DNA of 59,176 nucleotides, filler included. It is 7 parts of 7 records of this genome, joined end to end, with 100 filler letters (N's around TTAATTAATTAA, not from the genome) between each part and the next. Parts side by side here need not be neighbours in the genome. Positions count along the whole stretch, not along the records: positions 26,899 to 33,440 come from SRR31156797_11312; positions 33,541 to 39,564 come from SRR31156797_11315; 5 more parts are not named here. One strand, 5' to 3'. Shown in pieces: positions 29,621-38,483 of this stretch. Within the stretch, counting starts at the first letter, position 1. Every line of letters starts with the position of its first letter. The notes under the pieces were generated by a model, which made no database searches, was not told where the DNA came from, and saw only the letters and a program-made list of their open reading frames with translations. Made by a program: the position numbers and the translations under genes.

Positions 29621-30352
29621 TTATTGAGCTACAAAATGGTATGTGATTTTACCATTTTGTGATTTACTTCCACTAGAAAATCTTGCTTTCATTGTTGCAT
29701 TATATGCTGCTTCTAAGAAACAACTGTTAGTTGAATTACTTTCAGCATCATTAATCTGTGCTTTCGTTACTGTTCCGTTTGCGTTTACAACAATATTAAT
29801 AGTAATAGTAGCTGATCCCTGGCATAGATATACAGGGATTCTCAAGTATTTTAAATCTCTACCCTCTAGATAAAATACAATATTTGATGGTCCGGTATAT
29901 ACTTCTTTTTTTACATCTTGAGGTTTAGTTTCTTTAGGAACTATAATTTCTTCTTCATCGTAAGTGTCTCTATTGGTGATATATTTATCATAATCGCTTT
30001 CACCAATGGCATTTTTTATTAATTCCTGGCGGTATTCCTCTTCCGTTTGATTTTCTCTAATTTTAGTTTGGGTATGCTCATCATCAGTGGGATCTTGGGC
30101 TCTATTTACTGCAATATTCCTGCGATTATCAATATATTCTTCTTGTTTGAGCATTTCTTCGATGGATTTATCCAATTCATCTATTTTTTTCTCTCTCTCA
30201 AAAGGATCTGGGGCTGCTAAGTCTTCATCATCAACTAAAACAACAAATTCCCGGTGTTCTTTTCTCGCATTCATCTCAAAGGCAATCAGCACTGATAGTA
30301 AGATAATCAGTGTAGTAAGAGTTGCTAAAGCTGCACGATGAAATAGCGACAT
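29621..30352 (-). CDS. TonB-like energy transducer
   Basis: N-terminal TM anchor, acidic linker, C-terminal IPVYLC...INIVVNANG.V...ARF...GKITYHF. Confidence 0.8.
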   Translation of the reverse strand: MSLFHRAALATLTTLIILLSVLIAFEMNARKEHREFVVLVDDEDLAAPDPFEREKKIDELDKSIEEMLKQEEYIDNRRNIAVNRAQDPTDDEHTQTKIRENQTEEEYRQELIKNAIGESDYDKYITNRDTYDEEEIIVPKETKPQDVKKEVYTGPSNIVFYLEGRDLKYLRIPVYLCQGSATITINIVVNANGTVTKAQINDAESNSTNSCFLEAAYNATMKARFSSGSKSQNGKITYHFVAQ

Positions 30353-30379
30353 ATCTTTACGGTTCGGTTTCTATTACCG

Positions 30380-30387
30380 CAAAGATA
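30380..30387 (-). promoter_or_regulatory. Bacteroidota -7 promoter element
   Basis: TATCTTTG (TAnnTTTG) about 28 nt upstream of the TonB-like gene. Confidence 0.6.
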
Positions 30388-30413
30388 ATTAAAGCAAGCG
30401 AAAGGTGGAAGTG

Positions 30414-30653
30414 CTAGGCCTGGAAAGCCGACTTTGAAGATGTTAAATAGTTAATGAGCTGGCACAAATTGGTTATACCGTTTAACTCGTCATGGCTACC
30501 ATGCAGGCTGAACTGCTCTTCCAGGTCCGTGTAGAACTTTTGCCTTTCATTGGCAAAATCTGATGAAGAAAGAAACCGAAATCCCGATACTTCATCATTC
30601 ACTAGAGCATGCTTTTCGAGTAAAGCATATAATTTGATAATGACCTGGTTCAT
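30414..30653 (-). CDS. Small hypothetical protein, acyl-carrier-like C-terminal half
   Basis: 79 aa; LEEQFSL...DELNGITNLCQLINYL resembles ACP helices II-IV; no DSL motif. Confidence 0.45.
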   Translation of the reverse strand: MNQVIIKLYALLEKHALVNDEVSGFRFLSSSDFANERQKFYTDLEEQFSLHGSHDELNGITNLCQLINYLTSSKSAFQA

Positions 30654-30796
30654 GGTAAAAATTTTAAAAAAGTTAGGGTAAAAAATATTAAAAACAAAAT
30701 AAAAATTAAGATAAAAAGTAAATAATACCTGTAGGTCCTGTTATGCCTTATGTTCTGTATATCAAATGCATAGTGAGTGAATTTTTTTGTCAAAAA

Positions 30797-30828
30797 TAAA
30801 GGCAGAACCCTTATGAGTCCTGCCTTTA
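30797..30828 (-). terminator. Terminator of the decarboxylase operon
   Basis: TAAAGGCAG...CTGCCTTTA hairpin followed by a T-rich tract on the minus strand. Confidence 0.7.
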
Positions 30829-30848
30829 CATATATTAAAACGTTATTT

Positions 30849-32492
30849 TTACATCAAGAAGCTTAGTAGAATACCTGCTGCTACAGCAGAACCAATTACA
30901 CCCGAAACGTTTGGTGCCATGGCATGCATCAATAAGTGGTTAGTTGGGTCTTCTTTGATTCCCATATTTTGAACCACACGCGCACTATCAGGCACTGCTG
31001 ATACTCCGGCAGCTCCAATCATTGGGTTAACCGGATTACTCTTTGGAGATAGCCAGTTCATGAATTTTGCAAATATTAACCCACCCATTGTAGCAACGGC
31101 AAATGATGCTGCTCCTAATCCAAAAATCATAATTGAATCAGCCGTTAGGAAAACATCAGCTTGAGTAGATGCTCCAACAGTTAATCCCAATAGGATGGTA
31201 ATAGTATCAATGAGTGCATTACTCGCTGTATTGGCCAAACGTGCTGTTACACCGCTTTCTTTGAGTAAGTTTCCGAAGAAAAGCATACCTAATAGTGGGA
31301 GTGAAGTAGGTGCAATAAATGCCGTAATTAGCAATCCAAAGATTGGGAAGAGCATTTTTTCTAATTTCGATACAGCTCGTGGTGGGCGCATTTTGATGCG
31401 TCTTTCCCTTTTACTTGTAAAAAGTTTAATAATAGGTGGTTGTATTACCGGAACCAATGCCATATAAGAGTAGGCCGCAATGGCAATTGGCCCAATCAGG
31501 TTTTTAACCAGTATGGGATCACCCATAGCATCATAGCCAATAATATTGAGACCATTAGCTAATTTTGATGATAGAAAAATCGCAGTTGGACCATCAGCAC
31601 CTCCAATAATACCAATTGCACCGGCTTCTGCTGGAGCAAATCCAAGGTATAAGGCACCAAGGAAGGTGGCAAAAATACCAATCTGTGCTGCAGCTCCGAG
31701 AATCATCAATCTTGGATTTGACATCAATGATGAAAAGTCGGTCATTGCTCCAATTCCAAGGAAAATTAATGGAGGGTACCAACCTTGTGTTACTCCCTGG
31801 TATAAATAGTTCATTACACTACCGGGCTCATAAACACCTAGTTGTAGATTGAAATCGACAGCCTGGAACATTGGGATGTTTCCAATGATGATACCTGTTC
31901 CAATAGGGATTAAAAGCAAAGGTTCATAATCATATTTAATGGCAAGGAATATGAAAATAAGACCTATAATTATCATTATGAGATTACCATGGGTTGCATT
32001 AGCAAAGCCTGAAAACTCAAAAAAGTTTAAAAGACCAGCAATGGCACCAGAATAATTTTCATAAGTTGTATGCTTCAAGATGAGTTTACCATCTTTTATG
32101 TATCCTTCTCTGGTCCCAAGGTCCAAAAGTTCATCAGTGGTTTTGTAATTTGATGATCTATCATTTGGATCGGTATTTTGGGAAAAGTGAGTTACATTTT
32201 TTGGAGTGAAAACAAGTACTACTTTATTTCCAACAATTTTCCATTTTCCTGGATATCGGGTTTTGGCCGAATCCATTTCAAATGAACCATCTTCTTTAAA
32301 AGTTAATACTTTGTAGCGTTTTACGGTTTTAGCTTCTTTGCCATCTTCGGCAATTGGTGTTGGCTGGTAGCCATCTGAATGGTCAAGCCATTTTCCCCGT
32401 AGAAGTTGTGATTGTATGTCGTTTTTCTGTCCAAATGCAGCACTGGATGCCACAAGCATGAACGAAAGAATTAGCAGAAATAGTTGCTTCAT
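30849..32492 (-). CDS. Na+-translocating decarboxylase beta subunit (OadB/MmdB) with an extra N-terminal exported domain
   Basis: YEPLLLIPIG, IFLGIGAMTDF, GIIGGADGPT, AAYSYMALVP, GAAGVSAVP, NVSGVIGSA. Confidence 0.93.
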   Translation of the reverse strand: MKQLFLLILSFMLVASSAAFGQKNDIQSQLLRGKWLDHSDGYQPTPIAEDGKEAKTVKRYKVLTFKEDGSFEMDSAKTRYPGKWKIVGNKVVLVFTPKNVTHFSQNTDPNDRSSNYKTTDELLDLGTREGYIKDGKLILKHTTYENYSGAIAGLLNFFEFSGFANATHGNLIMIIIGLIFIFLAIKYDYEPLLLIPIGTGIIIGNIPMFQAVDFNLQLGVYEPGSVMNYLYQGVTQGWYPPLIFLGIGAMTDFSSLMSNPRLMILGAAAQIGIFATFLGALYLGFAPAEAGAIGIIGGADGPTAIFLSSKLANGLNIIGYDAMGDPILVKNLIGPIAIAAYSYMALVPVIQPPIIKLFTSKRERRIKMRPPRAVSKLEKMLFPIFGLLITAFIAPTSLPLLGMLFFGNLLKESGVTARLANTASNALIDTITILLGLTVGASTQADVFLTADSIMIFGLGAASFAVATMGGLIFAKFMNWLSPKSNPVNPMIGAAGVSAVPDSARVVQNMGIKEDPTNHLLMHAMAPNVSGVIGSAVAAGILLSFLM

Positions 32493-32513
32493 TGTAATTT
32501 GCTTTTGAATGCT

Positions 32514-32936
32514 TTATTCCATTTCAATTAAAACATCATCCTGTAAAACAGAGTCACCTTCTTTTATTTTCAGCTCTTTAATGGTGCCTCCTTTTTCAGC
32601 CTGGATGTTGTTTTCCATTTTCATGGCCTCCATAATCAGTAAGGTTTGACCCTTAATTACAGTATCGCCGGGTTTAACATTAATTTTTATGATATTTCCC
32701 GGAAGTGGAGCTTTAACTTTAAATCCGCCACCTTCTGATTTCTGTAACTTACCTTCGCCAGGTTGCTTTGCTACTGGCTTACGCACTAGTTTTGGAGTTT
32801 TCCTAACAGTTGCTGCATGCTCTACTTCAACTTTATAGGTTGTACCATTAACGTCAACATCTAAATGAGTATCGTCAGTTTCAGTGACTGCGATATCGTA
32901 TTTCTGACCTTTTATAATGAATTTGAATGTTTTCAT
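32514..32936 (-). CDS. Biotin carboxyl carrier subunit (MmdC-like)
   Basis: KAPLPG, EAMKMEN biotinylation site. Confidence 0.93.
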   Translation of the reverse strand: MKTFKFIIKGQKYDIAVTETDDTHLDVDVNGTTYKVEVEHAATVRKTPKLVRKPVAKQPGEGKLQKSEGGGFKVKAPLPGNIIKINVKPGDTVIKGQTLLIMEAMKMENNIQAEKGGTIKELKIKEGDSVLQDDVLIEME

Positions 32937-32954
32937 TTTGACTATTTATCAAAA

Positions 32955-33323
32955 TTAATTTTTTATTGGTTGATTCTGAACGCCATAAATTTTTGAACTC
33001 CATGGCGAATATTTTTTCGACATATTCTTTATCGTAATAATATTCGATTCTTCATCGTGCATTTCACTGTAGTACAAGTGAATAGCAGCAGCAATAGCAG
33101 CACTGTCATCACCTGGTACATATAGATCATCTTGATCTGCACACTCATGTTTTCCCTGGCGGCGCAATTGGCTACGAATATTCATATTAATAATTCGTGG
33201 TAATTGCGAAAATACACCATAAAGAAGAACAAGTGCACCGAAAACTACCAGTATACCAACTAATGCTACTGTAAGGCCACCTTGGGCGGCAGTTGATGCT
33301 ATTATATTCATCATCGTATTCAT
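32955..33323 (-). CDS. OadG/MmdD family subunit
   Basis: G..VVF..L..L TM segment, AAIAAAIH, YSPWSSKIYG. Confidence 0.88.
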   Translation of the reverse strand: MNTMMNIIASTAAQGGLTVALVGILVVFGALVLLYGVFSQLPRIINMNIRSQLRRQGKHECADQDDLYVPGDDSAAIAAAIHLYYSEMHDEESNIITIKNMSKKYSPWSSKIYGVQNQPIKN

Positions 33324-33440
33324 TATAATGGTATGTTAGAGTGTTTTTTTGGTGGATTAACTACTTTCTTGGTAGCTAACAGGTCAAGTCCACGGCAAAT
33401 TCTAAAACGTGTATTTCTTGGCTCAATTACATCATCAATG
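33323..33440 (-). CDS. Acyl-CoA carboxyltransferase subunit (MmdA-like), C-terminal fragment
   Basis: Translated by hand: [43 protein letters not shown] overlap with the next gene. Confidence 0.9.
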
Positions 33441-33540
33441 NNNNNNNNNNNNNNNNNNNNNNNNNNNNNNNNNNNNNNNNNNNNTTAATTAATTAANNNN
33501 NNNNNNNNNNNNNNNNNNNNNNNNNNNNNNNNNNNNNNNN
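33441..33540. other. Artificial contig spacer
   Basis: N run with linker. Confidence 0.98.
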
Positions 33541-33740
33541 CTTAACGTATCGGATATTACTTGCGGCGCATGACCTAGACAACAAACCGCCCATCCTCCG
33601 ATAAAATCGAGGTACCGTTTCCCATCAGTATCCCAAAGGTACATGCCTTTACCTTTATCCATAACGACATCAGGTCTTTTTGTTATGGTAAGTAATCCAT
33701 CATTAGCAATGTCTATGAGTTCTTGCGTGGTCTTCATCAT
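33541..33740 (-). CDS. argD: Acetylornithine aminotransferase (class III), N-terminal fragment
   Basis: GKGMYLWDTDGKRYLDFIGGWAVCCLGH; GGAGG RBS; ARG boxes upstream. Confidence 0.82.
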
Positions 33741-33764
33741 GCCTCCGATCGTCCAGTATTCAAG

Positions 33765-33803
33765 CATGTATATTTATACTTCTATGATGTATATTTATGC
33801 AAT
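33765..33803. promoter_or_regulatory. Tandem ARG boxes (ArgR operator)
   Basis: caTGTATATTTATACTtc and gaTGTATATTTATGCAat: two 18-mers 3 nt apart, directly upstream of argD. Confidence 0.8.
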
Positions 33804-33993
33804 GAATTTTGTATTGATTTTCGTTCTCATTTAACGACGGCTTTAAAATCTACCCGAGTGAGTGAACAGAGTTATTGTGAAGAGCGATAATTTTCTCCAT
33901 TCCTGGACAGGAAATTCCATGCGGCATCAAGAAAGGCATCGGAAGCCGACGCTTGGTTTTCTCCCGATCCCTATGATGAAGGAGTTAAATCAC

Positions 33994-34620
33994 CTAAAAC
34001 TGCCAGCTGTTAAACGCAAAAGGAGGGACTTCCGGTTTTTCAGTATCGTTTTTTTCGTTTTTACAGTATTCCAGATATTCTTCATATATCTTTTGAATTT
34101 CTTCATTTTCCAACTGGGGAATAACTTTACTGGCTTCGGTCAGGAAATGATATTCATCCCGACCTTTTTCCCGGCCTTTTGCCGTATGCATATCATAGGC
34201 ATAATCGGGAACCTCTACGCCTCTTCCATGGGAAAATTCTTTGATGAGTTTATTTTTCAGATGATCGCTGCTCCGTTCTTTCGTCTGCTGGCACAGGAAC
34301 CGTATGGCATGGATAAAGAAAATAGGGCGGTCTCCGTCACTATAGGGAAATTCTTTGCGGATATTATTCAATGTATAGACTAACTGCGGTGCCTGAAGAG
34401 CTCCGAATCCGATGTCTTCCACGCTTATCGCCATTAGGCGGCGCCACATTTTATCTTCAAACTGGGAGCTGGTAATATACATTTCATAAGCGGCACAGAG
34501 AGCATTGTGCTCCAATCCTCTGCGGATGGATTTCTGAAGCATCGAAATAACTTCATCTCCCGGAATTCCATTACGCGTTTTTACATTGGACCAGGGATCA
34601 TATGACATAAAATCACTCAT
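33994..34620 (-). CDS. Stand-alone RarA/MgsA C-terminal-like protein, no ATPase domain (paralogue B)
   Basis: ISMLQKSIRRG, RRLMAISVEDIG, DGDR, LC...KERSSD, VPDYAYDMHT; no Walker motifs. Confidence 0.75.
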   Translation of the reverse strand: MSDFMSYDPWSNVKTRNGIPGDEVISMLQKSIRRGLEHNALCAAYEMYITSSQFEDKMWRRLMAISVEDIGFGALQAPQLVYTLNNIRKEFPYSDGDRPIFFIHAIRFLCQQTKERSSDHLKNKLIKEFSHGRGVEVPDYAYDMHTAKGREKGRDEYHFLTEASKVIPQLENEEIQKIYEEYLEYCKNEKNDTEKPEVPPFAFNSWQF

Positions 34621-34632
34621 TTTTATATTCCT

Positions 34633-35466
34633 TTAACCTTTGATTCCGGTGCTTTTTATACCGGCAATAAAATACTTCTGGGTGATGGTGAAGAGAATGA
34701 TGACAGGAATAACGGCCATAGCGGCTCCTGCCAACTGGACAGGAATATCTCCGCCGCCCCTTTCCTGAAAATACTGAAGGCCCGGTGTAATGAACTGCTT
34801 CTTTTCAGTTTTGATAAAAAGAAAGGGATCAAGGAAATTGTTCCATGTGTTTATGAAGGTAAACAGGATTGTTGTAGCAATAACAGGCTTTGACAGGGGT
34901 AGGAATATCCTGAGAAGAATCTGACGGTGTCCCGCACCGTCTATCAACGCCGCCTCACTGATATCCTTCGGGATCTCTCTGAAGAACTCCAGAATAAACA
35001 TCAGGTAGAGCACTTCACTGATTTCTGGAATGACGATGACCCAAAGACTGTCCAGGAGATGTATGTTTTTGTAAAAGAGATATCTGGGGACCATTGTGGC
35101 TTCTGGAGGAACCATATAGGCAATGAAGAACAGCAGAAAGAGTATCTTTTTTCCGGGGAACTTCAAATGCGACAGGGCATAACTTGCCGGCAGAGTGACA
35201 ACCAATCGGAATAGTATGATAAGAGTTACAGCCACAAATGTGTTGACGTACCAGTGATAAAAAGACTGTTTTCCGAGGATCTTCGCATAATTTGTCAGAA
35301 TGGGCACAGTTGGATAAAAAATGCTTTTATAGACTAAGCCTTGTGGCCTGAAAGAAATAATGACCATCATGATAAAAGGCGTAATCATCAAAATGGCTAG
35401 AAACCACATACAAAAGAAAAACAACAGATTTTTAGTTTTAGATCCACTTTGCTTCGTCAATTCCAT
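34633..35466 (-). CDS. Carbohydrate ABC permease (MalG-type)
   Basis: IPKDISEAALIDGA, FINTWNNFLDP. Confidence 0.93.
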   Translation of the reverse strand: MELTKQSGSKTKNLLFFFCMWFLAILMITPFIMMVIISFRPQGLVYKSIFYPTVPILTNYAKILGKQSFYHWYVNTFVAVTLIILFRLVVTLPASYALSHLKFPGKKILFLLFFIAYMVPPEATMVPRYLFYKNIHLLDSLWVIVIPEISEVLYLMFILEFFREIPKDISEAALIDGAGHRQILLRIFLPLSKPVIATTILFTFINTWNNFLDPFLFIKTEKKQFITPGLQYFQERGGGDIPVQLAGAAMAVIPVIILFTITQKYFIAGIKSTGIKG

Positions 35467-36347
35467 CTCTTCCTCAATCTCATAATTGCCAGAGTGATAA
35501 GCAGAATGACAACCGTTAAAAAAATAGCATGGGCCGATGCATAACTAAATTTGTAGTATCTGAACGCATCTTCATAAATCCGAAAAGAGGATACTTTAGT
35601 AGCATCTCCGGGGCCGCCGTTCGTCAAAGCGACGATGACTGTAAAGTTCCTGAAAGAATTAATGGTATTGATTATCAATAGAAAGCCCGTAATGGGTTTA
35701 AGAGTGTTCAGAGTTATGCAGCGGAACTCCTGAAAAGGAGTCGCTCCTTCAATGGAAGCCACTTCGTACATCGATTTTGGAATATCCTGTAATGCTGCCA
35801 GGTAGGTAATGATACTGAAAGCCAGAGTCACCCATGTGGTGATCAGGGCTGTTGTCGGCAAGGCACTTACCGTGCCTGTCAGCCATTGCGGCAACAGATC
35901 GTCTGTTCCCACCAGAAGCCTGATTAGAGAATTGATCGGTCCGTCATAGGGGTTCAACAGGTATTTCCAGACAATACCCACAGCGATGAGGTTGGTAACA
36001 TAAGGCATATAAAACATGGACCGAACTGCCGGCCTTCCCTTGAATTGGGTATTTAAGAGCATTGCCGAAGCCAGAGAGAAGACCATGGTGGAAAGAACAT
36101 AGACCAGAGAAAAAACTACCGTGTGGCCAAGAGAGATCCAAACGGACTCCGACTGCACTAGATTGAGAAAATTCTTCAAACCGGCAATAGTCATTGAGTC
36201 GATATTCTGTATTGAATTTCTGTTTAACAGACTGATCCCGATCTCATAGACAACGGGATAGAGCTTGAATACGGCAAAAAAAACAAAGAATGGTGCAATA
36301 AAAATAAATGCCGTAATTCTGTCATGCCTGCAGCTTCGAATTGACAT
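35457..36347 (-). CDS. Carbohydrate ABC permease (MalF-type)
   Basis: LQDIPKSMYEVASIEGA, LTNGGPG; ATG at 36347 follows AGGGG. Confidence 0.92.
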   Translation of the reverse strand: MSIRSCRHDRITAFIFIAPFFVFFAVFKLYPVVYEIGISLLNRNSIQNIDSMTIAGLKNFLNLVQSESVWISLGHTVVFSLVYVLSTMVFSLASAMLLNTQFKGRPAVRSMFYMPYVTNLIAVGIVWKYLLNPYDGPINSLIRLLVGTDDLLPQWLTGTVSALPTTALITTWVTLAFSIITYLAALQDIPKSMYEVASIEGATPFQEFRCITLNTLKPITGFLLIINTINSFRNFTVIVALTNGGPGDATKVSSFRIYEDAFRYYKFSYASAHAIFLTVVILLITLAIMRLRKRWN

Positions 36348-36364
36348 TTTTTCCCCTGTGAACA

Positions 36365-36396
36365 ATCCGACAGGATACGATGGGATCCTGTCGGAT
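36365..36396. other. Perfect 12-bp intercistronic stem-loop after the binding-protein gene
   Basis: ATCCGACAGGAT, 8 nt, ATCCTGTCGGAT; typical position for an mRNA stabiliser in ABC operons. Confidence 0.7.
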
Positions 36397-36407
36397 ATTC
36401 TGTACTG

Positions 36408-37718
36408 TTAGATGTTGCTAATGGCTTCATTGACACGATCACAAATATTTTTGATAGTCGTATCAAGGTCCTGCTGATCGAGGAAGTATTTTTCCCCTTC
36501 CTCTTTGATAATGGATGTATACTCCGCCCCGACAGAACCGGTAATGTCCGTAGGAAGAATATTCATACCATTGTCGATCAAAGCATTGTAGATCTCATCT
36601 GTTGTAATGCTGCCGTTTGAAGCATCCGCAGTGGCCTGGAACACCTTTGCCTGTTCTTCAGAACTCAGATTGACCTGTGCAGGGATTCCCCCTTCGTAGA
36701 TCCACTGATTTTTGGCTCTCCAGGCAGCATACTCAACGGCGGCAGCTTTGTGAGCGGCATTCTTGTTGATGGATATGTACCCCATGGAGTTGAAATTATT
36801 ATTACTTTCAGGAGTTCCGCTCGTCGGAATGGAGACGATTCCGTAAGACCAGTCTTTGGGATAGTCTTCCTGACTGTTAAGTAGCCTTGTATACCAGTTT
36901 CCCTGGGAAAACATACCGAGATTATCTACGGTAGCGTAGTAATTCCACTCTACGCCTTTAGCTTTCAGCTCTCTCGCATCCATCTGGATTTTCCAGTCTT
37001 TCCCAAGAGACTTGTACCACTCAAGCGCTTTGGCGAACTCGGCATCATCAAAATTACAGCTTCCGTCTTCCTTGTAAAAGGGGATCCCTTTCTGAGACGC
37101 CAGCATATAGACCCAAGGAGCATCGAGTTGCATGAATGATCCGTACACATCAACCTCTGAATCAGTCAGCTTTTCAGAAATGGTGATATAGTCATCCCAA
37201 GTCCAGGGCGCTTTGGGGTAGGGCACTCCCGCTTCGTCAAATATTTTTTTATTATAGTACAAACAAAAAATCTCCTGTTTGTAAGGCAGAGCGTAAAATT
37301 CGCCGTCATTTTCGAGCTGGATATATTTACCCCAAATTGAATCAACATCAATATTGAATTCTTTCATCAGTTCGCCGAGGGGCTGAAAAAACCCAGCATC
37401 GACTCTGGTCCCGTAATCTCTCGGACCCAAAGACTCGATTACGTCAATGTCACCGCCGGCAAGAAGATCGATGTTTACTTTCTGAACATGATCATCTCCC
37501 GTACCGGGAGTCGCTTCCACCCGAACTTCGATTCCTGTTTCCGCAGTAAACGCGGCATTCATGTCGTTATACCATTTTTCCGCCGCATAGGTGGATCTTG
37601 TCACGGTTGTAACAACATTCTCTTCCACCTGCTCCATCCCTCCCGAAGCAAAAATTGCCAAGGGACAAATCAGCAGCATACAAAGAAGTACAAAAATTTT
37701 TCTAAGTGTCTTTTTCAT
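36408..37718 (-). CDS. Carbohydrate ABC solute-binding protein
   Basis: Spirochaete-style signal IFASGGME, YALPY...LYYNKKIFDEAGVPYP..PWTWDD. Confidence 0.92.
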   Translation of the reverse strand: MKKTLRKIFVLLCMLLICPLAIFASGGMEQVEENVVTTVTRSTYAAEKWYNDMNAAFTAETGIEVRVEATPGTGDDHVQKVNIDLLAGGDIDVIESLGPRDYGTRVDAGFFQPLGELMKEFNIDVDSIWGKYIQLENDGEFYALPYKQEIFCLYYNKKIFDEAGVPYPKAPWTWDDYITISEKLTDSEVDVYGSFMQLDAPWVYMLASQKGIPFYKEDGSCNFDDAEFAKALEWYKSLGKDWKIQMDARELKAKGVEWNYYATVDNLGMFSQGNWYTRLLNSQEDYPKDWSYGIVSIPTSGTPESNNNFNSMGYISINKNAAHKAAAVEYAAWRAKNQWIYEGGIPAQVNLSSEEQAKVFQATADASNGSITTDEIYNALIDNGMNILPTDITGSVGAEYTSIIKEEGEKYFLDQQDLDTTIKNICDRVNEAISNI

Positions 37719-37760
37719 TTTCTTCTCCCTATTTTTAATCCATTACTCATGTGGATTTCT

Positions 37761-38324
37761 TCAAGGATTTTGAATAATAGCCATGACTCTCTCTCTGTAG
37801 GTCTTATCGCGATTCTCCATTTCAGGGGAGACAACAGATCCTACCTCATAGAAATCAATTTCATTCTTACCTTCCTGCTGTCCCTGAAGGGTATGTTTGT
37901 CTACGGCGTAATCGGGGATTTCCGGATTAGCAGTGCCCATCTTATAAGCCTTCTGAATCCAGCAGTACATTTCATCACTGCTGCGGTCTTTGACGCAACT
38001 GCAAAGATAACGGACCGCGTGAATGGCAAATAATCCGCGATCACCATCCTGCTTGATGGTTTTTCTCATCTGATCCAGACTGTTCATCACAACCGGAGCC
38101 ATGGGAGTTCCGAAGCCCACATCTTCAACGCTGATCGTCTTGAGACGAAACCATAGGTATTCTTCCAGGTTCTCACTGGTAATCAACATTTCATAGGCGA
38201 GCAGAGCGGCATTTTCCGGATGATTTCTCCGAATTTCTTTTTGCAAAGCTGATATGACAAGGTCAGCGGCAAGACCGGAAACTGTCTGGCATTTTTGCCA
38301 TGGGTCGTAGGGGGCATTCTCCAT
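37761..38324 (-). CDS. Stand-alone RarA/MgsA C-terminal-like protein, no ATPase domain (paralogue A)
   Basis: ISALQKEIRR, RLKTISVEDVG, DGDR, YLC...KDRSSD, IPDYAVDKHT; no Walker motifs. Confidence 0.75.
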   Translation of the reverse strand: MENAPYDPWQKCQTVSGLAADLVISALQKEIRRNHPENAALLAYEMLITSENLEEYLWFRLKTISVEDVGFGTPMAPVVMNSLDQMRKTIKQDGDRGLFAIHAVRYLCSCVKDRSSDEMYCWIQKAYKMGTANPEIPDYAVDKHTLQGQQEGKNEIDFYEVGSVVSPEMENRDKTYRERVMAIIQNP

Positions 38325-38483
38325 AACTTCAAATAAATCCTTTGTTATTAGAAAAATAATCTATATTATTCTTTTGTTAATAATTCATTGTATGCATTTC
38401 AATAAATTATTCTCAATAATGTAGTAAATCAATATTTTTGCTTTTTGAATCATTTGCTAAAATATTCTTGAGAGGAACAGTTT

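Noticed and set aside
33862-34383. 173-aa plus-strand ORF (also 37488-38033)
   Set aside because: Antisense to conserved minus-strand genes, with no motifs.
33994-38324. Annotating the two paralogues as AAA ATPases or rarA pseudogenes
   Set aside because: No Walker A/B motifs; both have clean starts, a shared distinct YDPW N-terminus and no upstream ATPase remnant.
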